Shown: positions 38,371-47,249, counted from the stretch's first letter. The stretch is DNA of 54,627 nucleotides from a virus (IMGVR_UViG_3300032677_000040:1-54627); one strand, 5' to 3'. Program-made: numbers and translations. The notes: generated from the sequence alone by a model not told the origin.

Positions 38371-38791
38371 GCGTTCCGATGGGCGTGCTGCTCTCGCGGG
38401 ATTCGTTTTCAAGGTTCACTCTCACGTTCTGATGCCGCGGTGCGCGGACTTCCGGCTGGCCTAGCCGATGCTGGACGGGATTTTCTACTCGGCATCTAAG
38501 ATTCCCGCCCGCCACTGTCCGCGCACCCAAAACTTTGGGAACTATATACATAACTCCCTAAGTACAATGAAATCACTCTCTGCACAAACTACACTTGCAG
38601 TCGCAGAAAAAGGATTCGCAGCCATTTCCGCGCAGCAGACAATGAGGCATTATCCTTCCGTGTTGGCGTGCCATCCAGCTAAGACCCCAATCGTGGACGC
38701 GCACGATGGCTCCCCTGTCGCAGGAGTGAATAATCGAGGCGTTGATTTGCGTCTTTTCTTCTGCCATGAATTCGACCCTTTCCAAATAAAA

Positions 38792-39028
38792 TTATGCCCA
38801 TTGATGCTCAGTGATAGAGATTGGTTCATTTTCAAACATGCTAGCGATTTGCTCAGCGTCCTCGCGTCGGCAGAAACGTATTGCCTTAGTCGAGTCATTG
38901 GTCCAATCGAACTGCCACGCCGCTATGAGCCACATTGGCTCGCGCATGGGCGGAAGGCAACGCTCTATAAGCCAACCCGCCTCTTTGGTTGTTGCGCGAT
39001 TCTCGATTCTCGCTTGCTCGAGGTTCAT
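38792..39028 (-). CDS. Hypothetical protein
   Basis: GWLIER...WTNDSTKAIRFCRREDAE...ITEHQW, a common small phage ORF pattern. Confidence 0.6.
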   Translation of the reverse strand: MNLEQARIENRATTKEAGWLIERCLPPMREPMWLIAAWQFDWTNDSTKAIRFCRREDAEQIASMFENEPISITEHQWA

Positions 39029-39276
39029 CGCGCCACCTTGCCCAGGGAATCGATTGCGCTCCCGATGGCCCCACCACACCAAACCAGTATCGAAGCGATG
39101 GCTAAGGCCACCAGAACGTAAACACAGGCCATTGCAGTGTCGATCTGGCGCATCTCGCGCTGATAGCGAGCCTCGGTTTCGCCGGACCGGGCTAAAATCG
39201 GCCCATCCAATCTAGCGAGTACCCGGTCCAGTTCTTGTTCGGTTGAATCAGGGCATCCTTCCCAAGCGATGGACAT
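39025..39276 (-). CDS. Hypothetical membrane protein
   Basis: AAGGAG RBS; C-terminal TM segment. Confidence 0.55.
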   Translation of the reverse strand: MSIAWEGCPDSTEQELDRVLARLDGPILARSGETEARYQREMRQIDTAMACVYVLVALAIASILVWCGGAIGSAIDSLGKVAR

Positions 39277-39278
39277 TG

Positions 39279-39506
39279 CTAATTCTCCTTCCAAAGAGCT
39301 TTGATACTTGGCAGTTCGCAGCAAATTCCGTTGTAGCCGAGGAAGTTGTTCCAGTCCTTCGACAGAAGGGTAATGGGGTCGGCGGTGACACGGTTTAAAA
39401 CCTTACCGAGGGATAACAGAGCCGTGCTGCCGCAGTCGCAACAGACGGGCGAATCCCCAATGTGATCGTTGCCGCAGAGCCATGATTTATCGAGTGGTAT
39501 CAGCAT
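39279..39506 (-). CDS. Small Zn-finger protein
   Basis: LCGNDHI...CCDCGS.ALLSL..VL; GGAGAG RBS. Confidence 0.55.
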   Translation of the reverse strand: MLIPLDKSWLCGNDHIGDSPVCCDCGSTALLSLGKVLNRVTADPITLLSKDWNNFLGYNGICCELPSIKALWKEN

Positions 39507-39562
39507 TTCAGGTTCTCTCCGAGGTGCAAATTTGCAGCTTTAAGTCGTTGTGAACTGGTGCA

Positions 39563-39630
39563 AGAGTAGCGCAGAGAGCTATTGTTTGTCAAGGAAAATC
39601 ATTGACAAGCAAATAAAACCTTGGTAATGT
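39563..39630. promoter_or_regulatory. Back-to-back sigma70-type promoters
   Basis: Leftward TTGACA(39592-87)-18-TACTCT; rightward TTGACA(39602-07)-17-TAATGT with extended TG; the two -35 boxes form an inverted repeat. Confidence 0.7.
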
Positions 39631-39637
39631 ATAGGTC

Positions 39638-39808
39638 ATGATCAATGAAACAAAGCAGAAACCAAAAACCAGATTCGTCGCGTTGCCTTCGGAAATTGAC
39701 GATCGCGTGGTACAGCTCGCGGCGGAGGAGCGCAGAAGCGTTTCGAACATGATTATGCTCTTGGTCGAAAAGGGCCTCGATAGCGACCTACACAGTCGGG
39801 AGGAATAG
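39638..39808 (+). CDS. Ribbon-helix-helix (Arc/CopG-like) regulator (56 aa)
   Basis: Read manually: ...TRFVALPSEIDDRVVQLAAEERRSVSNMIMLLVEKGL... Confidence 0.8.
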   Translation: MINETKQKPKTRFVALPSEIDDRVVQLAAEERRSVSNMIMLLVEKGLDSDLHSREE

Positions 39809-39810
39809 CC

Positions 39811-40347
39811 TTGAAACACCTTCAGATGGAACAAATCACCACTCTCTTGGACGCTACGAAGAACGACCGCGACCGCTTGTTTCTAACGATGACCTACGAG
39901 CACGGCCTGCGCGTCTCGGAGGCTTTGGCTCTGTCTCCGGATCGGGTCAAGAGCGGCCATTTACTAACAAAACCCGGCAAGGATGGAAAGTTAACAGTTC
40001 AGAAGTTGGCCCCAGATACGCTTAAGCTCTGGTCGGCGCTGACCTTGAACCTAGCGTCGGGCACGCGCGTTTTCCCGTTCACGCGCCAGCGTGCTCACAC
40101 CATCTTCCACGCTGCTTGTGAAGCGGCCGGCATTGCCTTGGCCCCCCGCCAGGGTATTCACTCTCTACGCCACAGCATCGCGCACCACCTACTCGACTGT
40201 GGTTACACGCTTCCCATGGTTCAGCGCAAGCTCGGCCACCAATCCATTTCCTCCACTGGCTGCTACCTCCTTGCCGACGACTCCCAGGTCGATGCAGCCA
40301 CAGCCGCGGTAATCTCCAGGCGAAAGGCTTGCGGGAAGGTTGCATAA
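39811..40347 (+). CDS. Short tyrosine recombinase (catalytic domain only, FimB/FimE-sized)
   Basis: HGLRVSE, K, HSLRH, LGH, STGCY give the full R-K-H-R-H-Y set in 178 aa. Confidence 0.88.
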   Translation: MKHLQMEQITTLLDATKNDRDRLFLTMTYEHGLRVSEALALSPDRVKSGHLLTKPGKDGKLTVQKLAPDTLKLWSALTLNLASGTRVFPFTRQRAHTIFHAACEAAGIALAPRQGIHSLRHSIAHHLLDCGYTLPMVQRKLGHQSISSTGCYLLADDSQVDAATAAVISRRKACGKVA

Positions 40348-40532
40348 TGCAAGATCACCTGAAATCGGTCGGTAAGACTATCGCTAACATCGAGTTAGAT
40401 CATCCCAATGACCCAGAAACCTGCACCATCGCATTCACCGACGGCACGTCCCTCCAACTCTCCGCTTACTCCCCCGACATCTGCTACCTTTTCATCCAGT
40501 TCTCCCCAAACAAGCGCCCCATGAGCCGCTAA
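40347..40532 (+). CDS. Hypothetical protein
   Basis: TAATG coupling; VGKTIANIE...TIAFTDGTSLQL. Confidence 0.6.
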   Translation: MQDHLKSVGKTIANIELDHPNDPETCTIAFTDGTSLQLSAYSPDICYLFIQFSPNKRPMSR

Positions 40533-40588
40533 TCGCTCGCACAAGGCACTTTACAGCACGTACCTACCTCGTTTACCCTCGTTAACCA

Positions 40589-40855
40589 GTGAATGTACCT
40601 TCTCCAGCTCCGAACAAAACAGAACGATTTGCTGCGATCCGCGCTCGCATGTCTGACCCGCGTGTTGGCTTCAAGATGTTGTCAACAAAGGGCGCTCGCC
40701 ATGCGCACAAAACGATCCTCGCCCAAGGTAGGAAGCTCTGCGAGGAGGCAAACGCGGCACGTAGGGCCAACGCGGCGCGCCGCCGCGAGGAAAAGGCCAA
40801 ACAGGCGCTCCTGGGCCCGGCCTGGCGCTACGGGAACACCACGCAGAACGGGTAA
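40589..40855 (+). CDS. Basic hypothetical protein
   Basis: 88 aa Arg/Ala-rich ORF; weak start signals. Confidence 0.4.
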   Translation: MNVPSPAPNKTERFAAIRARMSDPRVGFKMLSTKGARHAHKTILAQGRKLCEEANAARRANAARRREEKAKQALLGPAWRYGNTTQNG

Positions 40856-41084
40856 TCGGCCCGCCGCCTGGATAGACAATCGTGTGTATCTCCTTTGTTA
40901 TCAACGAGAGTTAACGAACTGTTAGATTGTAAACCGATTCATTTCCAGCCCAGGGACCCCCCGCGGGCACCCCATCGGGAAAAGGCAAGCCCCCCGGCTC
41001 ACTAATGAGGGTGCGGGGAAATACTAATGCAGTCCTCCGTGGAGATTTTCGTAGGATTTTGGTGGTACAGAGACCAGATACCTG

Positions 41085-41141
41085 TTGACAATGCGCACAG
41101 TCGGTGTACATTGTCACCATGGTTCCTGTGTACATTGTCAC
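41085..41141 (+). promoter_or_regulatory. Promoter with overlapping 14-bp direct repeat
   Basis: TTGACA(41085-90)-16-TACATT(41107-12); GTGTACATTGTCAC at 41104-17 and 41128-41. Confidence 0.6.
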
Positions 41142-41502
41142 AGTACAGGCGTGGGAATGTGGAAGGTGCCAGTGGAAGTGGATACCGAGGGGGAAGGAGA
41201 TGCCCCGGCAGTGTCCGAATCGGGATTGCAGGCAGAGACTAGTTCTAGGAGTGGCCGATGAAATTTCCAGGGAAAAGGTTTTGTCCGGACTGCCCGAGGC
41301 TGAGTTGGGAAAAACACCAACTGACGGAGCACGCGGATCATTTGGCGACACACAACCCGTCTCCGGCGGCATGGGCGACGGCGTACATTCGGATTCAGGA
41401 GTGGAAAGACCGGGCAAAGGGAAAGGATTAAGCGCGGAGCAGTTTATGAATCTCTCGAACTCGGACAAGCTGCGGGCGAAGCGCGAAGGTAAGGCGCCAT
41501 GA
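41119..41502 (+). CDS. Zn-ribbon protein
   Basis: WECGRCQWKWIPR...PRQCPNRDCR then a disordered tail. Confidence 0.65.
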   Translation: MVPVYIVTVQAWECGRCQWKWIPRGKEMPRQCPNRDCRQRLVLGVADEISREKVLSGLPEAELGKTPTDGARGSFGDTQPVSGGMGDGVHSDSGVERPGKGKGLSAEQFMNLSNSDKLRAKREGKAP

Positions 41503-41582
41503 AGCCCCTGGACTGGTTGGTGCTGGTGATGATTGTTTCGTTGGCGGTAGCCCTGGCGGTGTCGTGTAGGGTGATTGGGTGA
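41499..41582 (+). CDS. Single-TM peptide (27 aa)
   Basis: MKPLDWLVLVMIVSLAVALAVSCRVIG; ATGA/GTGA coupling at both ends. Confidence 0.5.
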   Translation: MKPLDWLVLVMIVSLAVALAVSCRVIG

Positions 41583-41737
41583 TTGTTAAGATCCAAGACG
41601 GCGGGATTTTGAAGTGGAAATGTTTGATCTGCGGTAAAACGTGGCTACCGAGGATCGACCAGGAGTACAAGTATCTCAGGTGCGCGAACAAGGCTTGCAG
41701 GAAGCCAGTGAACTTTTCAGGGACGAAGAATGGGTAG
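41579..41737 (+). CDS. Zn-ribbon protein (52 aa)
   Basis: Read manually: WKCLICGKTWLPR...RCANKACR. Confidence 0.65.
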   Translation: MIVKIQDGGILKWKCLICGKTWLPRIDQEYKYLRCANKACRKPVNFSGTKNG

Positions 41738-41981
41738 AGAGCGGAAGGTTTACGAGCGGATCATGTCGGATCGTCCCGAAAAACTGAATGAGGACGAGGC
41801 AGGATACACCGATCCGTCGTCGGTGAGGTACAAGTGCTCAGGTTGTCTGCACTTCCTTGAGCGCAAGGTAGATGGGTTTGGGGTTTGCGAACTGGTCAGA
41901 TTGCGGGATGATGATTCGATTGAACCGAAGGCGGTCTGCGATTATTGGACCGACGACGGAGAGGTTTTTCCCCTGCTATGA
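41730..41981 (+). CDS. HiPIP-like four-Cys protein
   Basis: AGY...CSGCLHF...CELV...IEPKAVCDYW. Confidence 0.6.
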   Translation: MGRERKVYERIMSDRPEKLNEDEAGYTDPSSVRYKCSGCLHFLERKVDGFGVCELVRLRDDDSIEPKAVCDYWTDDGEVFPLL

Positions 41982-42229
41982 ACATTCCCCAATGCCCGAA
42001 CCACCTGAAATCAAAGTCTATCTGCGAGGTCAGTAAACTCCGCCTGATCGGGGAGAGCGACCAGGCCTTTAATTTCTTCTGCGCCTCCTGCCAGTTGCTC
42101 TGGTCGGTCACCAAGCCTCGGACGAAAGAAAAGGCTCGCTTCGAAAACAGTGTCCGGAAAATTCAGCAGGCATCCGAAATTGAAAGACAGAAAGCCGCAA
42201 GGCGGTTGTACTCCTTCCCATCCAAATGA
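41978..42229 (+). CDS. Hypothetical Zn-binding protein
   Basis: ATGA coupling; CPNH...C...CASC. Confidence 0.55.
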   Translation: MNIPQCPNHLKSKSICEVSKLRLIGESDQAFNFFCASCQLLWSVTKPRTKEKARFENSVRKIQQASEIERQKAARRLYSFPSK

Positions 42230-43572
42230 TAAACTTTTGCACGACCTGCCGCGGACGAACCTCCCACTTAAAAATAACCCTTCCCCGTAATCTTGCAGAC
42301 AACAAATCTCCCAACTCCCGTTTTGTAGTGCTCAATTACAACAGCCCCGACGGGCTCCTGGACTATGTCGTGACGCACCACCGGGAAGACCTGCGAACTG
42401 GAAAACTAGTGGTCTATAGTTTCGCTCCCGATGATGGTAAGTGGCATATGGCGCACGCCAAGAGTATGGCGATGCGGCTGGGCATCTTGGAGGGAGCCGA
42501 CACGGTTGTGACCCTCGATGCCGATAACTTCGCCGGTCCGAACTTGGACGAATACATCGCCGCTAATCTTGAGCCGGGGAGCTTCCTGCATCCCGACTTC
42601 GCCGCCATCAAGAAAATGCCATGGACTGCAGAAAGGCCTTTACGTGGTTTTGCCGGCCGGTTGGCCATTCGGTCGCAGGATTTCCTGAAACTCGGTGGCT
42701 ACGACGAACAGTTCGATATTTGGGGCAGCGAAGACATTGACCTGCTAGGCCGCCTGCACCGTTCTGGATACACTCCGAAGTTCTTTCATTACAAAAACCT
42801 CTACACCATTCCCCACGGGCCAGAGGTCCGCTTCAAGGAATACCCTGAGGCGGAAAAGAACGAAGCCAAGGAACATAGTCGTTGGATTGATTCGCGGACG
42901 GAAACCGTAGTCAACTATGGGAAGTTTGGCATGGGGACCGTCTACAGGAATGGTGATCCAACTCCGATCACGCTAGGCCCAGTTCCCACCCGAGTATTCG
43001 GTATCGGACTCCACAAGACAGCCACTAGTTCCCTGCACAAGGCGTTTCAGTCTCTAGGCTTCGATAGCCTGCATTGGGGTAATGGTGAAGCCCCGCTGAT
43101 CTGGCAGGAAGTCAACGCCGCAGGCCGGTCGAAAACCTTGGAGCGCTTCTACGCCGCTTGCGATATTCCCATCCCCTTGCTCTATCAAAAACTGGATAAG
43201 GCGTATCCCGGATCGAAGTTCATCTTGACTACCAGAGATGAATCCGAGTGGCTGACGAGCGTGGAGAGGATGTGGGACGCGAAGTACAACCCAACGCGAT
43301 GGCAGTGGGATGTTTGGCCGATTTCCAATCGACTGCATACGGCGTTGTATGGCCGCAGCGACTTCGACGCGCAAACGATGCTAAGCCGCTACCGCCAGCA
43401 CAATGCCGAAGTTGTGGAGTACTTTAAGGATCGTCCTGACGACCTGTTGGTCATGGATATGTCGAACGGGGCCGGATGGCTGCAAATTTGCACCTTTTTA
43501 GGGAAGCCGGTCCAGAGCGCTCCCTACCCTAGGGAGTACCCAACGCGGGAAGTGGGGTCGCCAGAATCATGA
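42226..43572 (+). CDS. GT-A glycosyltransferase (GT2/GT7-like) fused to sulfotransferase
   Basis: LDADN (DxD); LGGYDEQFDIWGSEDIDL; C-half VFGIGLHKTATSSL (PAPS loop), YPGSKFILTTRD..WLTS. Confidence 0.85.
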   Translation: MINFCTTCRGRTSHLKITLPRNLADNKSPNSRFVVLNYNSPDGLLDYVVTHHREDLRTGKLVVYSFAPDDGKWHMAHAKSMAMRLGILEGADTVVTLDADNFAGPNLDEYIAANLEPGSFLHPDFAAIKKMPWTAERPLRGFAGRLAIRSQDFLKLGGYDEQFDIWGSEDIDLLGRLHRSGYTPKFFHYKNLYTIPHGPEVRFKEYPEAEKNEAKEHSRWIDSRTETVVNYGKFGMGTVYRNGDPTPITLGPVPTRVFGIGLHKTATSSLHKAFQSLGFDSLHWGNGEAPLIWQEVNAAGRSKTLERFYAACDIPIPLLYQKLDKAYPGSKFILTTRDESEWLTSVERMWDAKYNPTRWQWDVWPISNRLHTALYGRSDFDAQTMLSRYRQHNAEVVEYFKDRPDDLLVMDMSNGAGWLQICTFLGKPVQSAPYPREYPTREVGSPES

Positions 43573-44150
43573 ATATCGAACGAGCGCTAAAGATCAAAGA
43601 CGGGTGGATGAGCAGGCAAGAACTTCAATGGCTTGCCGCGTCGGCGTCCGTAAACGCTCGCATTGCCGAAGTCGGATCATGGACAGGACGCTCGACGCGT
43701 GCTTTGGTGGACAACACCCCCGGCACTGTCCTTGCCGTGGACACATGGTTGGGTTCCCCAGGGGACTTGGATGATATTGTTGCCCTGCGAGGGGCATGGT
43801 GGGCATTTGGCAAGTTTCACCACAACCTGATGGATGCTTTCGAGGGGAACAGGCTCTCCGTTATGCGAATGGACTCATTGAAAGCCGCCGCTGAATTGAG
43901 AGATCGCTACGAAAGTTTTAACATGGTCTTCATCGACGCCAACCATACTTACGAGTCCGTAAAGGCTGACATTCTGGCGTGGACGCCACTGCTTAGACGT
44001 TCTGTTTCAGGGCGTGGGGGCTTGCTCTGTGGGCACGATTTTACAGAGCAATGGCCCGGTGTCATGCGAGCCGTGAGCGAACTGATTCCTAACTATCGTC
44101 TCATGGACAATCCGTCAACGGATAGAACGATCTGGTGGAAGCCAGTCTAG
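43569..44150 (+). CDS. Class I SAM methyltransferase (Methyltransf_24-like)
   Basis: EVGSWTGRST, AVDTW, VFIDANHTYESVKADI, GGLLCGHDF. Confidence 0.88.
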   Translation: MNIERALKIKDGWMSRQELQWLAASASVNARIAEVGSWTGRSTRALVDNTPGTVLAVDTWLGSPGDLDDIVALRGAWWAFGKFHHNLMDAFEGNRLSVMRMDSLKAAAELRDRYESFNMVFIDANHTYESVKADILAWTPLLRRSVSGRGGLLCGHDFTEQWPGVMRAVSELIPNYRLMDNPSTDRTIWWKPV

Positions 44151-44162
44151 GAGGGAAAAATT

Positions 44163-44366
44163 ATGCACCACAATCGCAGGAGGAAATGGATCAACCAGCA
44201 ACGTGAAATAGCGAGGGCAATTGCCGATGTACAGATGCGACCGCAGCCGTTCACGGACTCCCCACTCGCCGCGCTGCGCAGATACTTCCAAGTATCTACC
44301 GCAAGTGATAATTACGAAAACGTGCAGACCCTACTGACGGCGCTGAAATTGGCAACCAAGAAATAG
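44163..44366 (+). CDS. Hypothetical protein
   Basis: GGAGGG RBS. Confidence 0.55.
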   Translation: MHHNRRRKWINQQREIARAIADVQMRPQPFTDSPLAALRRYFQVSTASDNYENVQTLLTALKLATKK

Positions 44367-44375
44367 GAGGCTACA

Positions 44376-44945
44376 TTGATTTTTACCCCAGAGATGCGAG
44401 CCAAAGGAGCCGCAACACGAGCGGCAAACAAGTTGAAGCGGGAAGAAAAAGCAAGACGAAAGGAGGAGCGCGATACTGCAAATCATAGCCCGAACAATGG
44501 TTCCGAAAAGGAGTCGAGTCAAGTTGACCAAAGTGTTCGAGCAGAACTTCCCAGTAACCCGGTATCGATGGTACCTGGCAACGTGTTCGACTGGGAAAAC
44601 TGCCCGCTGGTTGATGCGATCAACAAACAAGCAGACATGAAAAGGGAATATGAGCGCATCTCTCAAATCGTACTCCGCCGTCAGAACCCACCGGGGCGGA
44701 GATGGACCTGCTGGACGGACAGTCATAAAGACTTGATCCGGGCGAACATGACTGCGCCCAATTCGCGGGCGGTCATTCAGGCGTGCTTGAAGTCTGGGGA
44801 AGACGGGAAGCAGAGTTTTCGTGATGACGGGCGGTTCATCATCGAGAACGGGGTGAAGCGCCTGCAACCGGCTTTTTGCTGCAACGCGTTCTGTTTCAGG
44901 GCGTATCAGCAGTTGCACAAGTTGGAGAATCAGCCATTAACCTAG
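44376..44945 (+). CDS. Hypothetical protein (possible small terminase subunit by position only)
   Basis: AGGAGG RBS before TTG; immediately precedes TerL. Confidence 0.5.
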   Translation: MIFTPEMRAKGAATRAANKLKREEKARRKEERDTANHSPNNGSEKESSQVDQSVRAELPSNPVSMVPGNVFDWENCPLVDAINKQADMKREYERISQIVLRRQNPPGRRWTCWTDSHKDLIRANMTAPNSRAVIQACLKSGEDGKQSFRDDGRFIIENGVKRLQPAFCCNAFCFRAYQQLHKLENQPLT

Positions 44946-46699
44946 ATCACGCCAAGCAACTACTGGCCAAGCTCGATATCAAGCACCGGGACGAAGGTGT
45001 GTCTGTTCCCTTTGTACTGAATCCCAACCAGCTTAAGTGTCACAACATTGTCAAAGAACACTACAAGAAACACGGATCAATCAGGGTTGTGGTGCTCAAA
45101 GCTCGCAGGGTCGGGATGAGCAGTTACATCGACGGCCTGGCGACGATGCACTGCCTGGCCAAGCCCCAGGCCCACGCTCTGATTGTTGCGCACTTGAAAG
45201 ACGTTGCCGACAAAGGCTTGTTCCGCGTGCCCCGCGACCTGGCTGTGTCACTGAATGACCGCCTTCCGGGCGCCTGCGACGTCAGGACGCGCAGCATCAT
45301 CTTCCCGCATACGAAGGGCGCATCGAACCTCGACATCGCAACCGCGGGCTCCGTAGGCGCAGGGCGGGGGCTTACGCTTTCGTTCCTGCATCTTTCAGAA
45401 GCGGCCTCTTATCCCGGACAGAAATCATTCCTATCGATTCTCCCCAGTGTGTCGAAGGCCCCCGACACCGTCATCGCCTTGGAATCCACCGCTCAGGGCC
45501 GCACCGGAATTGGCGAGACGTTTTACAACTACTGGAACGGTGCCAATGAAACTGGATCGCACTGGAACGGATACACGCCGATTTTCCTTTCGTGGCTGGA
45601 CGATCCGACATGCCATCGCCCCGCACACGAAGCGGAAGATGCCCCTGCGACCGACCTGGAAAGGGAGCTGATGGGGAAACCGTTCAACGCCTCCCTGTCG
45701 CAGATAGCTTGGATGAGAATGGTCCTAGAAGGCGAGTGCGAAGGTTCCGAGTTGATGTTTAATCAGGAATATCCCCACTCCGCACTCGTCGCGTTCGTGG
45801 CTACCGGTGACCCCGCATTCACCGCTCCCGAGATCCGTTACGCGATGGGGACGAAGCAAAAGCCTGTAAAGAAGGGACATTTCGAGCGCCAAGGCAAAGG
45901 GGCGGCCTTTGTAGACAACGTGCGTGGCAAGGCCTTGATGTACGAGACGGTCAAAGAAAAATGTACCTACTTTGTTGGAGTGGATTGTGCGAGAGGAATG
46001 GAGCAAGACAGCGGCCGCGCCACAGGAGACTTCGCGTCGTTCATGGTCTTGAATGGCACTACCGGAGACTTCGCCATGCAATTCAGTGACTGGGTCAATC
46101 CGGTGGAAATGGCGAAGCACGTGGACGCTGTTGGGCGTTACTATAACAACGCCATGATGATCGTGGAACTAACCGGCAACTTAGGGTTGTGGTGTCAGCA
46201 GGTTCTCCGCGATCAGTATCAATATCCGAATTGGTACATGTGGAAAGGCAAGGACGATAAGACCTGGGGCAAGGGTAAGTCGCCAGCTCTCGGCTGGGAG
46301 ACGACGGGAAGAACGCGCGACCTGCTACTCTCGACTTTCCGTGGAGCGTTGCACAATGGGATGAAGAATATCCCTGGCGGCCTCCGGGTAAAAGACGAGG
46401 AGTTCTGCCGCCAAATGGATCTGATGACGATGAGCACTGGGATGCGATGGGATGTTGAGCACGGTCATGACGATGTCTTCATGGCGGGATGTCTCGCCGT
46501 TATCGCGTGCGCTCAGTACCCACCGACGAACATTATCAGCTTTAAGGGCAACACCTTGGACAAAGACAAATCCGGCAATCCCGCACTCAGTAAACTGAAA
46601 CCGCAAACGGACTTGGCCCATGCGCTATATCGGGACCAGTTGCAGATATTGAAGCCGGATAAGAAATTTTGCCGAAGCGTGATGCAGCCGCCGTTCTAG
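44876..46699 (+). CDS. terL: Terminase large subunit (start uncertain)
   Basis: VLKARRVGMSS Walker A, LHLSEAA Walker B, LESTAQG, YFVGVDCARG and HDDVFMA nuclease motifs. Confidence 0.92.
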   Translation: MLQRVLFQGVSAVAQVGESAINLDHAKQLLAKLDIKHRDEGVSVPFVLNPNQLKCHNIVKEHYKKHGSIRVVVLKARRVGMSSYIDGLATMHCLAKPQAHALIVAHLKDVADKGLFRVPRDLAVSLNDRLPGACDVRTRSIIFPHTKGASNLDIATAGSVGAGRGLTLSFLHLSEAASYPGQKSFLSILPSVSKAPDTVIALESTAQGRTGIGETFYNYWNGANETGSHWNGYTPIFLSWLDDPTCHRPAHEAEDAPATDLERELMGKPFNASLSQIAWMRMVLEGECEGSELMFNQEYPHSALVAFVATGDPAFTAPEIRYAMGTKQKPVKKGHFERQGKGAAFVDNVRGKALMYETVKEKCTYFVGVDCARGMEQDSGRATGDFASFMVLNGTTGDFAMQFSDWVNPVEMAKHVDAVGRYYNNAMMIVELTGNLGLWCQQVLRDQYQYPNWYMWKGKDDKTWGKGKSPALGWETTGRTRDLLLSTFRGALHNGMKNIPGGLRVKDEEFCRQMDLMTMSTGMRWDVEHGHDDVFMAGCLAVIACAQYPPTNIISFKGNTLDKDKSGNPALSKLKPQTDLAHALYRDQLQILKPDKKFCRSVMQPPF

Positions 46700-46752
46700 G
46701 ATAATATGTGCGGTAATTATATAGTTAACTCCCCGAAAGGAATCAGTGACTT

Positions 46753-46986
46753 ATGACGCTTTCTACATGGGTTTCTACGAACCACTCGGAGCCGGATGTT
46801 TACATCCGATGCCAAGGCCCAAATTGCGGCGGCGTCATCATGTTTAACGCTAAAGAGATAACCGACCGCAAGAATCTTCCGACCAGCACCTCTACTCCGT
46901 GTCGGCATTGCGGATGGCACCCATCGTATCCGCCCGAACCGTGGTTGCCCCTGAAAGGCGCGGAAGGGCACGGAGTGATCTTATAG
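46753..46986 (+). CDS. Zn-ribbon protein
   Basis: CQGPNC...CRHCG. Confidence 0.5.
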   Translation: MTLSTWVSTNHSEPDVYIRCQGPNCGGVIMFNAKEITDRKNLPTSTSTPCRHCGWHPSYPPEPWLPLKGAEGHGVIL

Positions 46987-47006
46987 GAAGGTACCTAGGG
47001 AGTTTT

Positions 47007-47249
47007 ATGGCGCATGACGAAGATCAACCTCTGCCGTGGAACGGGACTTATCTTTTCAGCAATACCGACGAGTGCTCGCGGGCTGACCGACTACGGCAAA
47101 GGATAACCAGGGCTTTCGAGAAAGCCGGAGAGGCGGGCGTGTTCTCCACTCTCCGCCCGTACGAAGCAGATTTTATCATCCGGGAATTGGCCGACCAGTT
47201 GTTTGCGAGGATAGAACCGTTCTTCACTTTACCCGCCCGAAAAGGATGA
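47007..47249 (+). CDS. Hypothetical protein
   Basis: GGGAG RBS before ATG 47007. Confidence 0.5.
   Translation: MAHDEDQPLPWNGTYLFSNTDECSRADRLRQRITRAFEKAGEAGVFSTLRPYEADFIIRELADQLFARIEPFFTLPARKG

Noticed and set aside
38468-39121. 217-aa plus-strand ORF (also long antisense ORFs 48004-48963 and 50513-51295)
   Set aside because: Antisense to coupled genes with RBSs and recognisable motifs; no own signals
37420-39600. Leftward ORF block as an invertible segment for the short recombinase
   Set aside because: No flanking inverted repeats found by eye
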